Shown here: positions 39,974 to 50,120 of the stretch, piece after piece
How the letters are laid out: every line of letters begins with the position of its first letter
Numbering within the stretch: the stretch's first letter is position 1
Assembly: GCA_035378955.1 (NCBI GenBank)
Contig: DAOSUS010000009.1
Location: 10,119 to 74,118, forward strand
Direction: 5' to 3'
DNA: 64,000 bases
Source of the DNA: Candidatus Hydrogenedens sp.
GTDB taxonomy: Bacteria; Hydrogenedentota; Hydrogenedentia; Hydrogenedentales; Hydrogenedentaceae
Position numbers and translations under genes: made by a program
Notes under the pieces: model-generated
What the model was told of the DNA's origin: nothing
Seen by the model: only the letters and a program-made list of their open reading frames with translations
Database searches by the model: none

Positions 39974-40960
39974 ATGAGTATAAATTTGTCAGAGGTAGAA
40001 AATAACCCAATTTCTCAACAGGTTAATCCTGCAGTAATTGAGGTAAATGAATTATCCCGAAAATTTGGTTCTTACACTGCTGTAGATCATGTTTCTTTAA
40101 CAGTTCGCAAAAGAGATATATTTGGTTTTTTAGGTCCAAATGGTTCTGGAAAAACAACGCTAATTCGCATGTTATGTGGAATTCTCCGTCCTACCTCCGG
40201 CGAAGCAAGGGTTTTAGGATTTGATGTGGTTTCGGAAAGTGAAGAGGTAAAAAAGTCTATAGGTTATATGTCACAACAATTTAGCTTATACTCTGACCTT
40301 ACTGTTCTTGAAAATATTACTTTCTATGCAAGAATTTATGGTATCCCCCGAAAACAAAGAAGAGAACGAATTGACGAAGTAATTAATATTGTAGAGATAA
40401 AACCATACCTAAACCAATTATCGGGATCTTTATCTGGAGGGTGGAAACAAAGACTTGCCCTTGCCTGTTCACTGGTTCATAATCCTCAATTGTTATTTTT
40501 AGATGAACCTACAGCAGGAATTGACCCTGTTGCCCGTCGTGACCTATGGAATCTTTTATTCGACCTTTCAGCACGCGGAACAACTTTTTTTGTTACTACT
40601 CATTATATGGACGAAGCAGAACGATGTTCTCATCTGGGGTATATCTATTTTTCAAAACTTATCGCTTATGGTTCTCCTGAAGAATTAAAAAAGATGCCCC
40701 AGGTAACGCCTGAGGGGTTTATGCGTTATGAGATTAGAATAGACCGACTTACAGAAGCCATGCGTGAGTTGTTAAAAATGCCTTTTGTAAGGGATGCCAC
40801 TATGTTTTCCGATGTTATTCATATTCTCATTCAACAAGGAAGTGAAGAAGAACTTCAGCAATCTATCCAGAAAAAAGGATTTCATATTCAGAGTTTACGA
40901 TTAGTGCCACCGACACTTGAAGATGTTTTTGTAACTTTAACTCGTTCTTTTGGAAAGTAG
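39974..40960 (+). CDS. ABC transporter ATP-binding protein
   Basis: 328 aa. Walker A GPNGSGKTT. Signature LSGGWKQR. Walker B LLFLDEPT. Confidence 0.85.
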   Translation: MSINLSEVENNPISQQVNPAVIEVNELSRKFGSYTAVDHVSLTVRKRDIFGFLGPNGSGKTTLIRMLCGILRPTSGEARVLGFDVVSESEEVKKSIGYMSQQFSLYSDLTVLENITFYARIYGIPRKQRRERIDEVINIVEIKPYLNQLSGSLSGGWKQRLALACSLVHNPQLLFLDEPTAGIDPVARRDLWNLLFDLSARGTTFFVTTHYMDEAERCSHLGYIYFSKLIAYGSPEELKKMPQVTPEGFMRYEIRIDRLTEAMRELLKMPFVRDATMFSDVIHILIQQGSEEELQQSIQKKGFHIQSLRLVPPTLEDVFVTLTRSFGK

Positions 40961-42080
40961 GTATATGTTTCAAGGGCTTTTTGCAATTGTTTATAAGGAA
41001 ACACGGCATATTATTAGAGACCCACGAAGCCTTTTTTTAATGTTAGTTATTCCAAGTATTGAACTTATTATTTTCGGATTTGCGGTCAATTTGGATATAA
41101 AAAATATTCGGACAGGATTATTAAATCAAGATAAAAAAATAGAAAGTAGAAATTTAGTAGACCAGTTTGTTAATTCAGGCTATTTTGATGTTGTTAAGAT
41201 TTTCAACAATGAAGAAGAAATGGCTACGGCTATGCGTAGGGGAGATGTGCGTGTTGGAATTCACATTCCTCCCTACTACACAGACCGTGTATTAAAAAAT
41301 GAACATGTAAGTGTGCAAATTCTCATTGATGGCAGTGATTCTACAGTAGCCATGCAGGCTTTAAATGTGAGCAATGCCATCGGATTGAGGGCTTCAATAA
41401 AAGTATTAAACAAAACAAAATCCTTGCCCCCTCAGTTCCCTATTGATATGCGACCTCGTGTATTATTCAATCCCGATATGCGAACAGCAAATTTTATGAT
41501 TCCGGGTTTATGTGGCGTTATCCTTCAAGTAGTGATAATGTTACTAACATCTTTTGCTATTGTCAAAGAAAAGGAACAAAGAACATTAGAACAATTAGTC
41601 GTTACACCTGTATCACGCTTTGGACTAATGTTGGGCAAATTGATTCCTTTCTTAGGAGTAGGAATATGTGAAACAGCATCTGTTTTGTTTTTAATGCGAT
41701 TTTTGTTTCAAGTTCCTATTGCAGGAAGTATTTTCCTTCTTGCTTTCTTTGCAGGTATATTTCTCTTCACTACATTAGGTATGGGGCTATTAGTTTCGAC
41801 TTTTGCTCAAAATCAAATTCAAGCATTACAAATTTCCTTTCTTATATTATTACCGTCCTTCCTTCTTTCCGGTTTTATGTTCCCACAAGAAACCATGCCC
41901 AAAATTATTTATTGGTTTGGACAGATTGTTCCTGCTACTTATTTTATTCGAATTTTACGCGGAATTATTCTTCGTAATGCAGGTTTCTGGGACTTGTGGC
42001 ATAACGGTGCTATTCTCGCTGCTATGGGTATCGTTATCCTTTTCATTGCCTCATTCCGATTCCATAAAACGATTGGATAA
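40950..42080 (+). CDS. ABC-2 family transporter permease
   Basis: 376 aa. N-terminal TM, large periplasmic loop, and C-terminal 5-TM ABC-2 domain. Overlaps the ATPase gene by 11 nt. Confidence 0.7.
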   Translation: MESRYMFQGLFAIVYKETRHIIRDPRSLFLMLVIPSIELIIFGFAVNLDIKNIRTGLLNQDKKIESRNLVDQFVNSGYFDVVKIFNNEEEMATAMRRGDVRVGIHIPPYYTDRVLKNEHVSVQILIDGSDSTVAMQALNVSNAIGLRASIKVLNKTKSLPPQFPIDMRPRVLFNPDMRTANFMIPGLCGVILQVVIMLLTSFAIVKEKEQRTLEQLVVTPVSRFGLMLGKLIPFLGVGICETASVLFLMRFLFQVPIAGSIFLLAFFAGIFLFTTLGMGLLVSTFAQNQIQALQISFLILLPSFLLSGFMFPQETMPKIIYWFGQIVPATYFIRILRGIILRNAGFWDLWHNGAILAAMGIVILFIASFRFHKTIG

Positions 42081-42183
42081 ATTCCTAATTTTTAAAATTT
42101 GCAGTTTTCCTTGCATATAAACGATAATCCATTAATTTACCTAATCCTATAATGTCCCATGAAACATAAAGAAATAGAGTAGT

Positions 42184-43446
42184 ATGTTCCATAAAAGAAT
42201 TATGTCTTTCTTTTTACTATGTCAGGTTGGCTTTTGGGTAGATTTTGCCATAATGGCAGGTGTTGTAGCACTGCCTTTCCTCATCCTTGAACATATTCCT
42301 AATGGTAATACGGCTATTTCTGGAAATGTCTTTGCTATACAAATGGCAACTTATACAATTACCTGTCTTATAATGTCAAGAGTGGTGGGAAAATCGAAAA
42401 ACATATTGTCATGGGCAAGATGGGGAGTTATTATTTTTACCTTTTCCTATCCCTTCTATCCTTTCTTCCCTTATAAGTATGCCTTTTATCTACTATCTGC
42501 AATAGCCTTTATAGGTATGGCAATTTCTTGGCCTGCTTTCTATGCATGGGTAGGGACAGAAACTAATGAAGCCAAAAGACAGCGAAATCTTGCCTTTTTC
42601 AATATTGCCTGGAGTTTAGGTTTTACAATTAGTCCGTTAGTTGCAGGGCCTCTTTATGATATTGATTTTAGATTGCCCTATATCCTAATATTTTTTATAA
42701 GTATTTTGTCTTTTATTTTTCTTTTATTTATACAAAACGAAAACAGTCATTATAATCTGGAAGAGAACTCCATAAAGAATTCTGAAAATAACCCCAATGA
42801 AGATGAAACAAACAACTTATTTTTATATCCTTTTTGGATAGGGGTTTTTCTCGCAAACTTAATGTCAATTATTCCTCGTTCTACTTATGCTGAACATCTA
42901 AAAAAATTGGTTTCAAACAATGAACTTCGCTTTTTATTTGAAGATACAGTTAGTCCCGTCCTAACAGGAGACCCGGCAACAAAGTTTTCCTGGCCTTCCG
43001 CAATGATGGCTTTTACTACAGCCGGTGTTTTTTTACTGTTTGCGTGGACCTATTTCTGGAAACATCGTATCTCTTTACTTATTATTTCTCAAGGAATATG
43101 TGCTATTACATTTTTCCTTTTATCTGAAACAAAAAGTATCCTTTTAATATGTTTATCTTTTGCCGTAATCGGTGCGAACCATGGTTTAACCTTTTTTGCT
43201 AGTACCTATTATAGTGTCAACAATCCTGTTCTTCGACATGGAAGGGCTTCCATTAATGAAGGGCTCGTAGGATTAGGTGGTGTCGTGGGAAGTCTTGTCT
43301 TCGGTTTTTTAGTAGATAAATATGGGGTGACAATATCTTACAAATATATAACATTTCTTGTAATTTTTGTTATACTGACCGAATTATTGCTTTTTTATTA
43401 CCTTCGCAAAAAGGTAAAATTATTACATGATAATAGAAAAGATTGA
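42184..43446 (+). CDS. MFS-type transporter
   Basis: 420 aa. About 12 predicted TM helices in a 6+6 arrangement with a central hydrophilic loop. Substrate unknown. Confidence 0.5.
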   Translation: MFHKRIMSFFLLCQVGFWVDFAIMAGVVALPFLILEHIPNGNTAISGNVFAIQMATYTITCLIMSRVVGKSKNILSWARWGVIIFTFSYPFYPFFPYKYAFYLLSAIAFIGMAISWPAFYAWVGTETNEAKRQRNLAFFNIAWSLGFTISPLVAGPLYDIDFRLPYILIFFISILSFIFLLFIQNENSHYNLEENSIKNSENNPNEDETNNLFLYPFWIGVFLANLMSIIPRSTYAEHLKKLVSNNELRFLFEDTVSPVLTGDPATKFSWPSAMMAFTTAGVFLLFAWTYFWKHRISLLIISQGICAITFFLLSETKSILLICLSFAVIGANHGLTFFASTYYSVNNPVLRHGRASINEGLVGLGGVVGSLVFGFLVDKYGVTISYKYITFLVIFVILTELLLFYYLRKKVKLLHDNRKD

Positions 43447-43475
43447 GGGCATAAGAACAAACAGATTGCTTACCT

Positions 43476-44189
43476 ATGAAGAACGATAAAAAGTATTCCT
43501 GCATTCAATATGCTTTGGCATGGTCTATACATTTATTTACAGCGATGGGTGCTGTTTTTGGCTTTTTAGCGATTATTGCTATCGGCAGACACCAATGGCT
43601 ATTAGCATTTACATGGATGGCTGTATCTGTTTTTATAGACTCTATAGATGGTATACTGGCTCGTGCATTCAAAGTAAAAGATATCTTGCCCAATTTTGAT
43701 GGTGCTTTGTTAGATAATATAGTTGATTATTTTACCTATGTGATAGTTCCCGCCAGTTTTTTATATGAGACCCATAGTGTTCCTTACAAATTAAATTTAT
43801 TGTCTTCAATTTTGATAACCCTTTCTTCTGCTTATCAATTTTGCCAATCCGACGCAAAAACAGAAGACCATTGGTTCAAAGGGTTTCCTTCTTATTGGAA
43901 CATTGTCGTACTTTATATATTTCTTTTAGATTTTTCGGAAAAAATCAATTTTATAATAATTTTGTCTTTAACTATATTGGTATTTGTTCCCATTCGCTAC
44001 CTGTATCCCAGCAGAGCCGTTCAGTACCGTTTATTAAATCTCATTTTAGTTTCAATTTGGGCATTTCTTATCGTATTATCTCTCTATAATTATCCTAATC
44101 ATCATGTTTATATTTATTTGTCACTAATATATGTTCTTTACTATTTTATGTATAGTATATGGTGGACAATAAAATTACGCAGAGGTTGA
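43476..44189 (+). CDS. pcs: Phosphatidylcholine synthase (CDP-alcohol phosphatidyltransferase family)
   Basis: 237 aa. WSIHLFTAMGAV, DSIDGILARAFKVKDILPNFDGALLDNIVDYFTYV (D-G-x2-A-R…G-x3-D-x3-D motif) and KTEDHWFKGFPSYWNIVV closely parallel rhizobial/Legionella Pcs as I recall them. Confidence 0.75.
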   Translation: MKNDKKYSCIQYALAWSIHLFTAMGAVFGFLAIIAIGRHQWLLAFTWMAVSVFIDSIDGILARAFKVKDILPNFDGALLDNIVDYFTYVIVPASFLYETHSVPYKLNLLSSILITLSSAYQFCQSDAKTEDHWFKGFPSYWNIVVLYIFLLDFSEKINFIIILSLTILVFVPIRYLYPSRAVQYRLLNLILVSIWAFLIVLSLYNYPNHHVYIYLSLIYVLYYFMYSIWWTIKLRRG

Positions 44190-44192
44190 TTT

Positions 44193-45749
44193 ATGAATTT
44201 ATACAAAGGTTTTCCTTTTATTAAGATAATAGAGAAGATAAAAAATTTTGATATTTCCCGATATGCTGAACTAATTGTCCTCTTATCTCTGGGTGTTTCA
44301 TTAATAATAGTGGCTTTGTATAACTATTATTTACAGCCATGGACATTAGATGATGCATACATTGCGTTTCGATATGCAGAAAATTTTTCAGAAGGAAAAG
44401 GTATTGTTTACAACGAAGGCGAATATGTAGAGGGCTATACCTGTTTTTTATGGGTTGTATTATTAGCAGGCTTACATAAAATAGGTTTCGACCTACCTAT
44501 AACCTCAAAAATTCTCGGTGTCCTTTTTACATTTATTACTATATTCCTAATGTCTCGTGTCCATAAAATTATTAAAGGTACCCATTGGTTAGTTTCTGTT
44601 GCAGGTGTTCTAATTTTAGGTTCTATGGGTGCTTTTACTTCCTGGACTATGAGCGGTATGGAAACAAACATGACGGCGTTTTTAATTTTCCTGTCAGTAC
44701 TATTATTCGGTGCTTTTGTTTCACGAAATACAGTATCATTATCAGGCTATTTTTTAGTGGGAGTTGTAATAGCTCTTGCTGTGATGTCTCGACCCGATGC
44801 GGGCATAATTCTTCCCATTCTCGTCTTTTGTTCGTTGCTCCATTCCCTGAAAGAAAGGCAATATCTAAACCCTATATTTATTATATTAGGCTTTTCACTT
44901 CTGTTTGTTCCATATTTTATCTGGCGTTATAACTATTATGGGTGGTTACTACCCAATACCTTTTATGTGAAAGTAGGTTCATCGAAAGAGCAAATTAAAA
45001 GAGGATTAACCTATGCCTTCTATTTCCTGAAAGGCACTTCTCTTATCTGGGCTCCATTTATCATGCTTCAAATATTTCCTCTACAAACATTAGGGAATAG
45101 AGGTTATGTCGTTTTTTCGATGAGTTTAGCAGTCATGTTGAATATGCTTTATGTTATATCGGTAGGTGGAGATTGTATGCCTGCACATCGTTTTTTTACT
45201 CCTATAACACCATTATTTGTCGCTGTCAGTGCTTACTCCATATTCTTCCCTGGTGTGTCATATCTCCGTAGTTTATTGTTGGTACTTATTATTGTATGTT
45301 TCAATTTGTGGCAATTAAAGAATGACCCCTACCTTTATGAAAGGATTGTGGCTGATGTGGTTGCTGAGAGGGGTAAGGAAGTCGGTTTATGGCTTAGAGA
45401 TAATGTTCCTCCGGATTCTCTGCTTGCTACAAATACAGCAGGAAGTGTTGCTTATTATTCCCGTTTAAAGACAATTGATATGTTAGGTCTTAATGATGAA
45501 CATATAGCACATAGAGAAATAAAGACATTAGGGAAAGGTTTTGCTGGACATGAAAAAGGGGATGGGAAATATGTTCTTTCAAGAAAACCCGATTATATTA
45601 TGTTCGGTTCTGCTACGGGGAATAAAGAACCTCGATTTGTCAGTGACCGCGAAATGGCTGTTGAAGCAGAATTCCGAGAAAACTATGTTTATAAACAATA
45701 CATTTTACCTTCTGGTAGAGCATTGCACATATACGAGAGAAAGAAATAA
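44193..45749 (+). CDS. GT-C fold membrane glycosyltransferase-like protein (ArnT/PMT-like, GT39/GT83 type) with C-terminal soluble domain
   Basis: 518 aa. About 11 TM helices. First extracytoplasmic loop carries LDDAYIAFRYAENF, resembling the DExRYAE loop of ArnT/PMT. Followed by an approximately 160-aa hydrophilic C-terminal domain. Confidence 0.45.
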   Translation: MNLYKGFPFIKIIEKIKNFDISRYAELIVLLSLGVSLIIVALYNYYLQPWTLDDAYIAFRYAENFSEGKGIVYNEGEYVEGYTCFLWVVLLAGLHKIGFDLPITSKILGVLFTFITIFLMSRVHKIIKGTHWLVSVAGVLILGSMGAFTSWTMSGMETNMTAFLIFLSVLLFGAFVSRNTVSLSGYFLVGVVIALAVMSRPDAGIILPILVFCSLLHSLKERQYLNPIFIILGFSLLFVPYFIWRYNYYGWLLPNTFYVKVGSSKEQIKRGLTYAFYFLKGTSLIWAPFIMLQIFPLQTLGNRGYVVFSMSLAVMLNMLYVISVGGDCMPAHRFFTPITPLFVAVSAYSIFFPGVSYLRSLLLVLIIVCFNLWQLKNDPYLYERIVADVVAERGKEVGLWLRDNVPPDSLLATNTAGSVAYYSRLKTIDMLGLNDEHIAHREIKTLGKGFAGHEKGDGKYVLSRKPDYIMFGSATGNKEPRFVSDREMAVEAEFRENYVYKQYILPSGRALHIYERKK

Positions 45750-45760
45750 AATTTTCCCTT

Positions 45761-46558
45761 ATGGCCTATTTATTATTGGATGAAAATATCTCCATTTTGT
45801 TTATCCCTATGGACATATTATCGGAACAAGATTTATCTATTTTTTTTCAGAATAACCAGATTTTCACATCTGAATTTGTTAAATATATTTCCATGTGCCA
45901 ATCACAAAAACGAAGAAAAGAGATATTATTAAGCAGATTTCTGTTCCTATATATTATGCACACAAATAACGTAAATATACATTACTATAATTCCATAAAA
46001 AGAAAAGAAGAAATATTAATAAATAAATATTTTCCTTCTCCTGCACAAACGGTTTACCTTTCTATCAGTCACACGGATAAATGGATGGTGTTTGCATTGT
46101 ATTCAGTATCTCCAATAGGAATTGACATAGAAAACTCAAAAAGGAAAACAGAAAAAATAAAACAATTTTTAAATGAAAAAATGTTATTGGACTGTTTAGA
46201 TGAACATCCTTCTGTATTATTATCTCTATGGACGGTATATGAATCATTATACAAATTACAATCCCCTTTAGAAAATCAAAAAAAAGTTTTGAATAGGGTA
46301 TTATCTACAATAAAAAAAAGTCATCCCCAAAAACTTAATGGTTTTAACTTGTGGAATATCCCTGTCTATAACTACACGACCCTTATATGGGAAGATGAGA
46401 TTGCCGCTGTTATAGGATGTTTCATTATAAAAGGTAAAATGCCTAAAAAAATAAAATTCTATTCGATTGAGAAATTGGAGAATGAAATAGAAAAGCCTTG
46501 TAAGATAGAACTTACAAGGCTTTTAACTTGCGATATGAAATTAGAAATTAATTTCTAA
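45761..46558 (+). CDS. 4'-phosphopantetheinyl transferase (Sfp-type)
   Basis: 265 aa. KRRKEILLSRFL, SISHTDKWMVFAL, GIDIE and WTVYESLYKL correspond to the PPTase superfamily motifs. Confidence 0.65.
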   Translation: MAYLLLDENISILFIPMDILSEQDLSIFFQNNQIFTSEFVKYISMCQSQKRRKEILLSRFLFLYIMHTNNVNIHYYNSIKRKEEILINKYFPSPAQTVYLSISHTDKWMVFALYSVSPIGIDIENSKRKTEKIKQFLNEKMLLDCLDEHPSVLLSLWTVYESLYKLQSPLENQKKVLNRVLSTIKKSHPQKLNGFNLWNIPVYNYTTLIWEDEIAAVIGCFIIKGKMPKKIKFYSIEKLENEIEKPCKIELTRLLTCDMKLEINF

Positions 46559-46563
46559 GGGAT

Positions 46564-47943
46564 TTATAAAGGTAATTCCCAACCTTTACGATATTCTTTT
46601 GTTAAGTACTTATTGGCTTTCTTAACATTTGTAATCTTCATGGAAGCAACATCAAATTCAATTTTTTCACCCGCCCAGAGTGCTACATTTCCAATATTAG
46701 CGACTTCTGTAAGAGGTCCTGCATATTCAAAATCGGAACATGCTTTCTGATTTGTTTTGATACTTTCTATCCAGTTCTTAAATGGGTTTTCTTCAGGGAT
46801 TCGCGGAATAGTAGGTTCCGGTTTCTTATAATCTTTCATCTTTTCCGCAGGAACTAATCTGGAATCACCTCCGTAGCAACCCGAAGTAAGATAACCGTTT
46901 GTCCCAACAAACAAGGAGCCATTATCACCATCACCTAATTTTTCATCTGCCGGTATACCTTCAGGTCGTTTGGGTAAAAGACCACCATCATACCAGTATA
47001 CATCTACAGGAGGCATATTTCCACGAGCAGGGAATTGGTATTTTATAATGGATTTCTTCGGTGCTGTTTGTTTATTCATTCCTTCCTGTTGCAGAACTTC
47101 TACAGTATATTTAGGTGCTTCATATAATTTCAGTGCCCAGAATGCGGGGTCCATAATATGGCAAGCCATGTCTCCAATAGCACCACATCCGAAATCCCAC
47201 CAACCTCTCCATTTGAACGGAGCATAACCCGGATTATAATCTCTCATGGGAGCCGGACCTATCCACAAATTCCAGTCAATCGTAGGAGGGATATCTCGTT
47301 TAGGTAAGGGCTTTTCAATACCTTGAGGCCAGATAGGACGATTTGTCCATATATGGGCTTCTTTCACATCACCTATAGCACCAGCCCAAATCATTTCACA
47401 TAACTCACGAACGCCATCGCCAGCATGTCCCTGATTTCCCATCTGTGTAATTACGCCTGTTTCTTTCGCAATTTTAGTTAATAAACGGGCTTCAGCAATA
47501 GTATGGGTCAATGGCTTTTGCACGCGGACATGTTTACCCATCATCATAGCCATATATGCTGCCGGGGCATGTATATGGTCGGGAGTAGAAATTATGACAG
47601 CGTCTATTTCTTTATCCATCTCTTCCAACATTTTCCGATAATCTTTGTATCTTTTAGCATTCGGGAGTAGATAAAAGGTTTCCTCTGCTCTCTTATCGTC
47701 TACATCACAAAGAGCAATAATGTTTTCACTCTTGCAATTCATAATGTCACCTTTTCCCTGTCCTCCTACTCCGATTCCTGCGATATTAAGTTTCTCATTC
47801 GGGGAAACTTTTCTTGGAACGACACTGGCAGTGTTTATTTTTTGTTTTTTTGCAAAGGCTGTTCCAGCCACAGCAAATGTTGTGCTAACAGCAAGAAACG
47901 CACGACGAGTTAACTGGCTATCTTTCATAGATATAACCTCCAA
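46564..47943 (-). CDS. Tat-exported Gfo/Idh/MocA-family NAD-dependent oxidoreductase (possibly GH109-like glycosidase)
   Basis: 459 aa. Twin-arginine signal (LTRRAFLAVSTTFAVAGTAFA). Rossmann fold NIAGIGVGGQG. The likely start is Met 47928 (MKDSQ…). Confidence 0.65.
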   Translation of the reverse strand: MEVISMKDSQLTRRAFLAVSTTFAVAGTAFAKKQKINTASVVPRKVSPNEKLNIAGIGVGGQGKGDIMNCKSENIIALCDVDDKRAEETFYLLPNAKRYKDYRKMLEEMDKEIDAVIISTPDHIHAPAAYMAMMMGKHVRVQKPLTHTIAEARLLTKIAKETGVITQMGNQGHAGDGVRELCEMIWAGAIGDVKEAHIWTNRPIWPQGIEKPLPKRDIPPTIDWNLWIGPAPMRDYNPGYAPFKWRGWWDFGCGAIGDMACHIMDPAFWALKLYEAPKYTVEVLQQEGMNKQTAPKKSIIKYQFPARGNMPPVDVYWYDGGLLPKRPEGIPADEKLGDGDNGSLFVGTNGYLTSGCYGGDSRLVPAEKMKDYKKPEPTIPRIPEENPFKNWIESIKTNQKACSDFEYAGPLTEVANIGNVALWAGEKIEFDVASMKITNVKKANKYLTKEYRKGWELPL

Positions 47944-48134
47944 AATAGTTATAAGTTAAATTAAATTAAAGGATTCTCTTTTGTCCCATAGACTAAGAGA
48001 AAACTACAATATAAACTGTATTATATTATATCAATTTAATAATCAAATATAATAGTCGTTTTCTATTTGGTATTAAAAATCGGTAAAATATAAAGAAATA
48101 AATATTTACAGGAAAAGCAATCGTTATATTTAAT

Positions 48135-49994
48135 ATGTATGAATCTTTTTACGGATTAAAAGAAAAACTATTTAGTCTTACTCCTGACCCTAAATACCTC
48201 TTTTTGAGTGAGAAACACAAAGAGGCTTTTGCCCATCTTTTGTTTGGAATAAAAAACAGAATGGGTTTTATTATGGTAACAGGGGAGATTGGGACTGGCA
48301 AGACTACTATTTGCCGTGCCCTTTTATCTCAACTCGACCCCGATACAGAACTTGCTTTTATTTTTAATCCCTGTCTGAATCCTGTGGAATTGTTAAAAAG
48401 AATTCTTACCGAATTTGGAGTTCAAACAAAGGCAGAAACACTACTTGATTTAACAGACCAGTTAAATGAATTTCTTTTATCCAAATCGCGGCAACAGAAA
48501 AATTGTGTTTTGGTTATTGATGAAGCACAAAACCTTACACCGCCTGTTTTAGAACAAATCCGATTATTGTCCAATTTAGAAACAGAAAAGGAAAAATTAT
48601 TGCAAATTGTTCTTATTGGACAGCCCGAATTGTTAGACCGTCTTAAACTTCATGAATTAAGACAGTTAAATCAACGAATAACAGCCCGTTATCATCTGAA
48701 TGCTCTGGATGAACAAGAGACACGCCAATACATTGCTTATAGAATTCATATTGCAGGCGGAAAAAAGAGAATCCAATTTTCTCCCAAAGCCTATAAACTG
48801 ATTTATAAACATAGTAAAGGAATTCCCCGTCTTATAAATTCTATCTGTGATAGGTCTTTGCTGGTGGGTTATACCCGTGAAAAGAAAGTAATAGACCATG
48901 ATATCGTCAAGCAGGCATTAAAAGAACTTCATGGACAATTGGAAAATCCTCAACGCACACCTACGAAAAAAAGAGACTGGAAAAAATTTATCCCAAGCCC
49001 GTCTTTAATTGTCGGAATTGCTTTAATTCTGATTGCTTTTCGTATCTGGTATATCCCTATAAATGAAATGGCTCAGGAATTAAGGAATTTTAATAATATT
49101 TTCTCTCCACATACACCAAATTCTGATACAACCCCAAATTCTACATCACAAGTTGAAGCAGTTAGTAAAAAAACGGGCGACGATATTAGTCCAGAATTTT
49201 CTGCAAAATTAATTGAGGGTTTGTGGAAACGCTTTTTTGAGGAAATGCCACAAAAAACAGATGATACAGTTCAAATGATAGAAGAACTAAATGTAGATGC
49301 AGAAAAGAGTCGTGTAGAAGGTGCCTTACTTTTATTAAGAATGTGGAATATGGCTCAAGTGAAAAGTCAACCCGATGATAATTCCCCGCAGGGATTGGTT
49401 CGCTTTTTTAATGAAAATGGTTTATCTGCAGAAGTGTTACAAACAACTGTCTCTCAAATTTTGACCATTGGCTTACCTTCAATGGTGTATATGAAACAGA
49501 ATGAAAAAGAATTTTGGGGTTCTCTTGTTCAAGAAAAAGGAGATAAAGTTGTTTTATTTTTGGGTTCACAGAAATTAGTAGAAGTTTCCAAAGACCAATT
49601 CCGTGCCATTTTTACAAACCTTTCCGTTATCCCATGGAAAGATGACTCTAAAGTTAAATCTTTATCAATAGGTTCTTCCGGTGATTCTGTTGCCCAGATA
49701 AAAACACTTCTACAAAGAGGGGGATGGTTATCCAAAAACAATAACACAAATAAATTTGATGAGGAAACACAAAAAGCAGTAAAGAATTTACAGAGAGAAA
49801 TGGGTTTGCCTGTAGACGGAGTTGCAGGAAAACAAGTGCGATTGGGATTAAAAAAATGGGAAACAGATACTTATGTGCCTACTTTAAAAAATACCCCTTT
49901 ATTTCTTCTCCATCTACCCTTCGAAAATAATGCAATGTTGATTTCTAATCCCAATAGTGCTAATATGATAGAAGGTAATTTAAAAGCAAATTAG
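48135..49994 (+). CDS. ExeA/GspA-like AAA ATPase with C-terminal peptidoglycan-binding domain
   Basis: 619 aa. Walker A GEIGTGKTT. Walker B VLVIDEAQNL. One TM helix near aa 275-300. Periplasmic region carrying a PG_binding_1-like motif (…AVKNLQREMGLPVDGVAGKQ…). Confidence 0.75.
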   Translation: MYESFYGLKEKLFSLTPDPKYLFLSEKHKEAFAHLLFGIKNRMGFIMVTGEIGTGKTTICRALLSQLDPDTELAFIFNPCLNPVELLKRILTEFGVQTKAETLLDLTDQLNEFLLSKSRQQKNCVLVIDEAQNLTPPVLEQIRLLSNLETEKEKLLQIVLIGQPELLDRLKLHELRQLNQRITARYHLNALDEQETRQYIAYRIHIAGGKKRIQFSPKAYKLIYKHSKGIPRLINSICDRSLLVGYTREKKVIDHDIVKQALKELHGQLENPQRTPTKKRDWKKFIPSPSLIVGIALILIAFRIWYIPINEMAQELRNFNNIFSPHTPNSDTTPNSTSQVEAVSKKTGDDISPEFSAKLIEGLWKRFFEEMPQKTDDTVQMIEELNVDAEKSRVEGALLLLRMWNMAQVKSQPDDNSPQGLVRFFNENGLSAEVLQTTVSQILTIGLPSMVYMKQNEKEFWGSLVQEKGDKVVLFLGSQKLVEVSKDQFRAIFTNLSVIPWKDDSKVKSLSIGSSGDSVAQIKTLLQRGGWLSKNNNTNKFDEETQKAVKNLQREMGLPVDGVAGKQVRLGLKKWETDTYVPTLKNTPLFLLHLPFENNAMLISNPNSANMIEGNLKAN

Positions 49995-50120
49995 GTCCTC
50001 TAATATTGGTTGTAAAATAGGTGAGTATTTTCAAATTTGGAATAGGCAAATGTAGTTAAAATCAATGAGATATTTATGTTTCTACATAAGTCAATCAAGT
50101 AGTAAACACAAGGTCTGATT

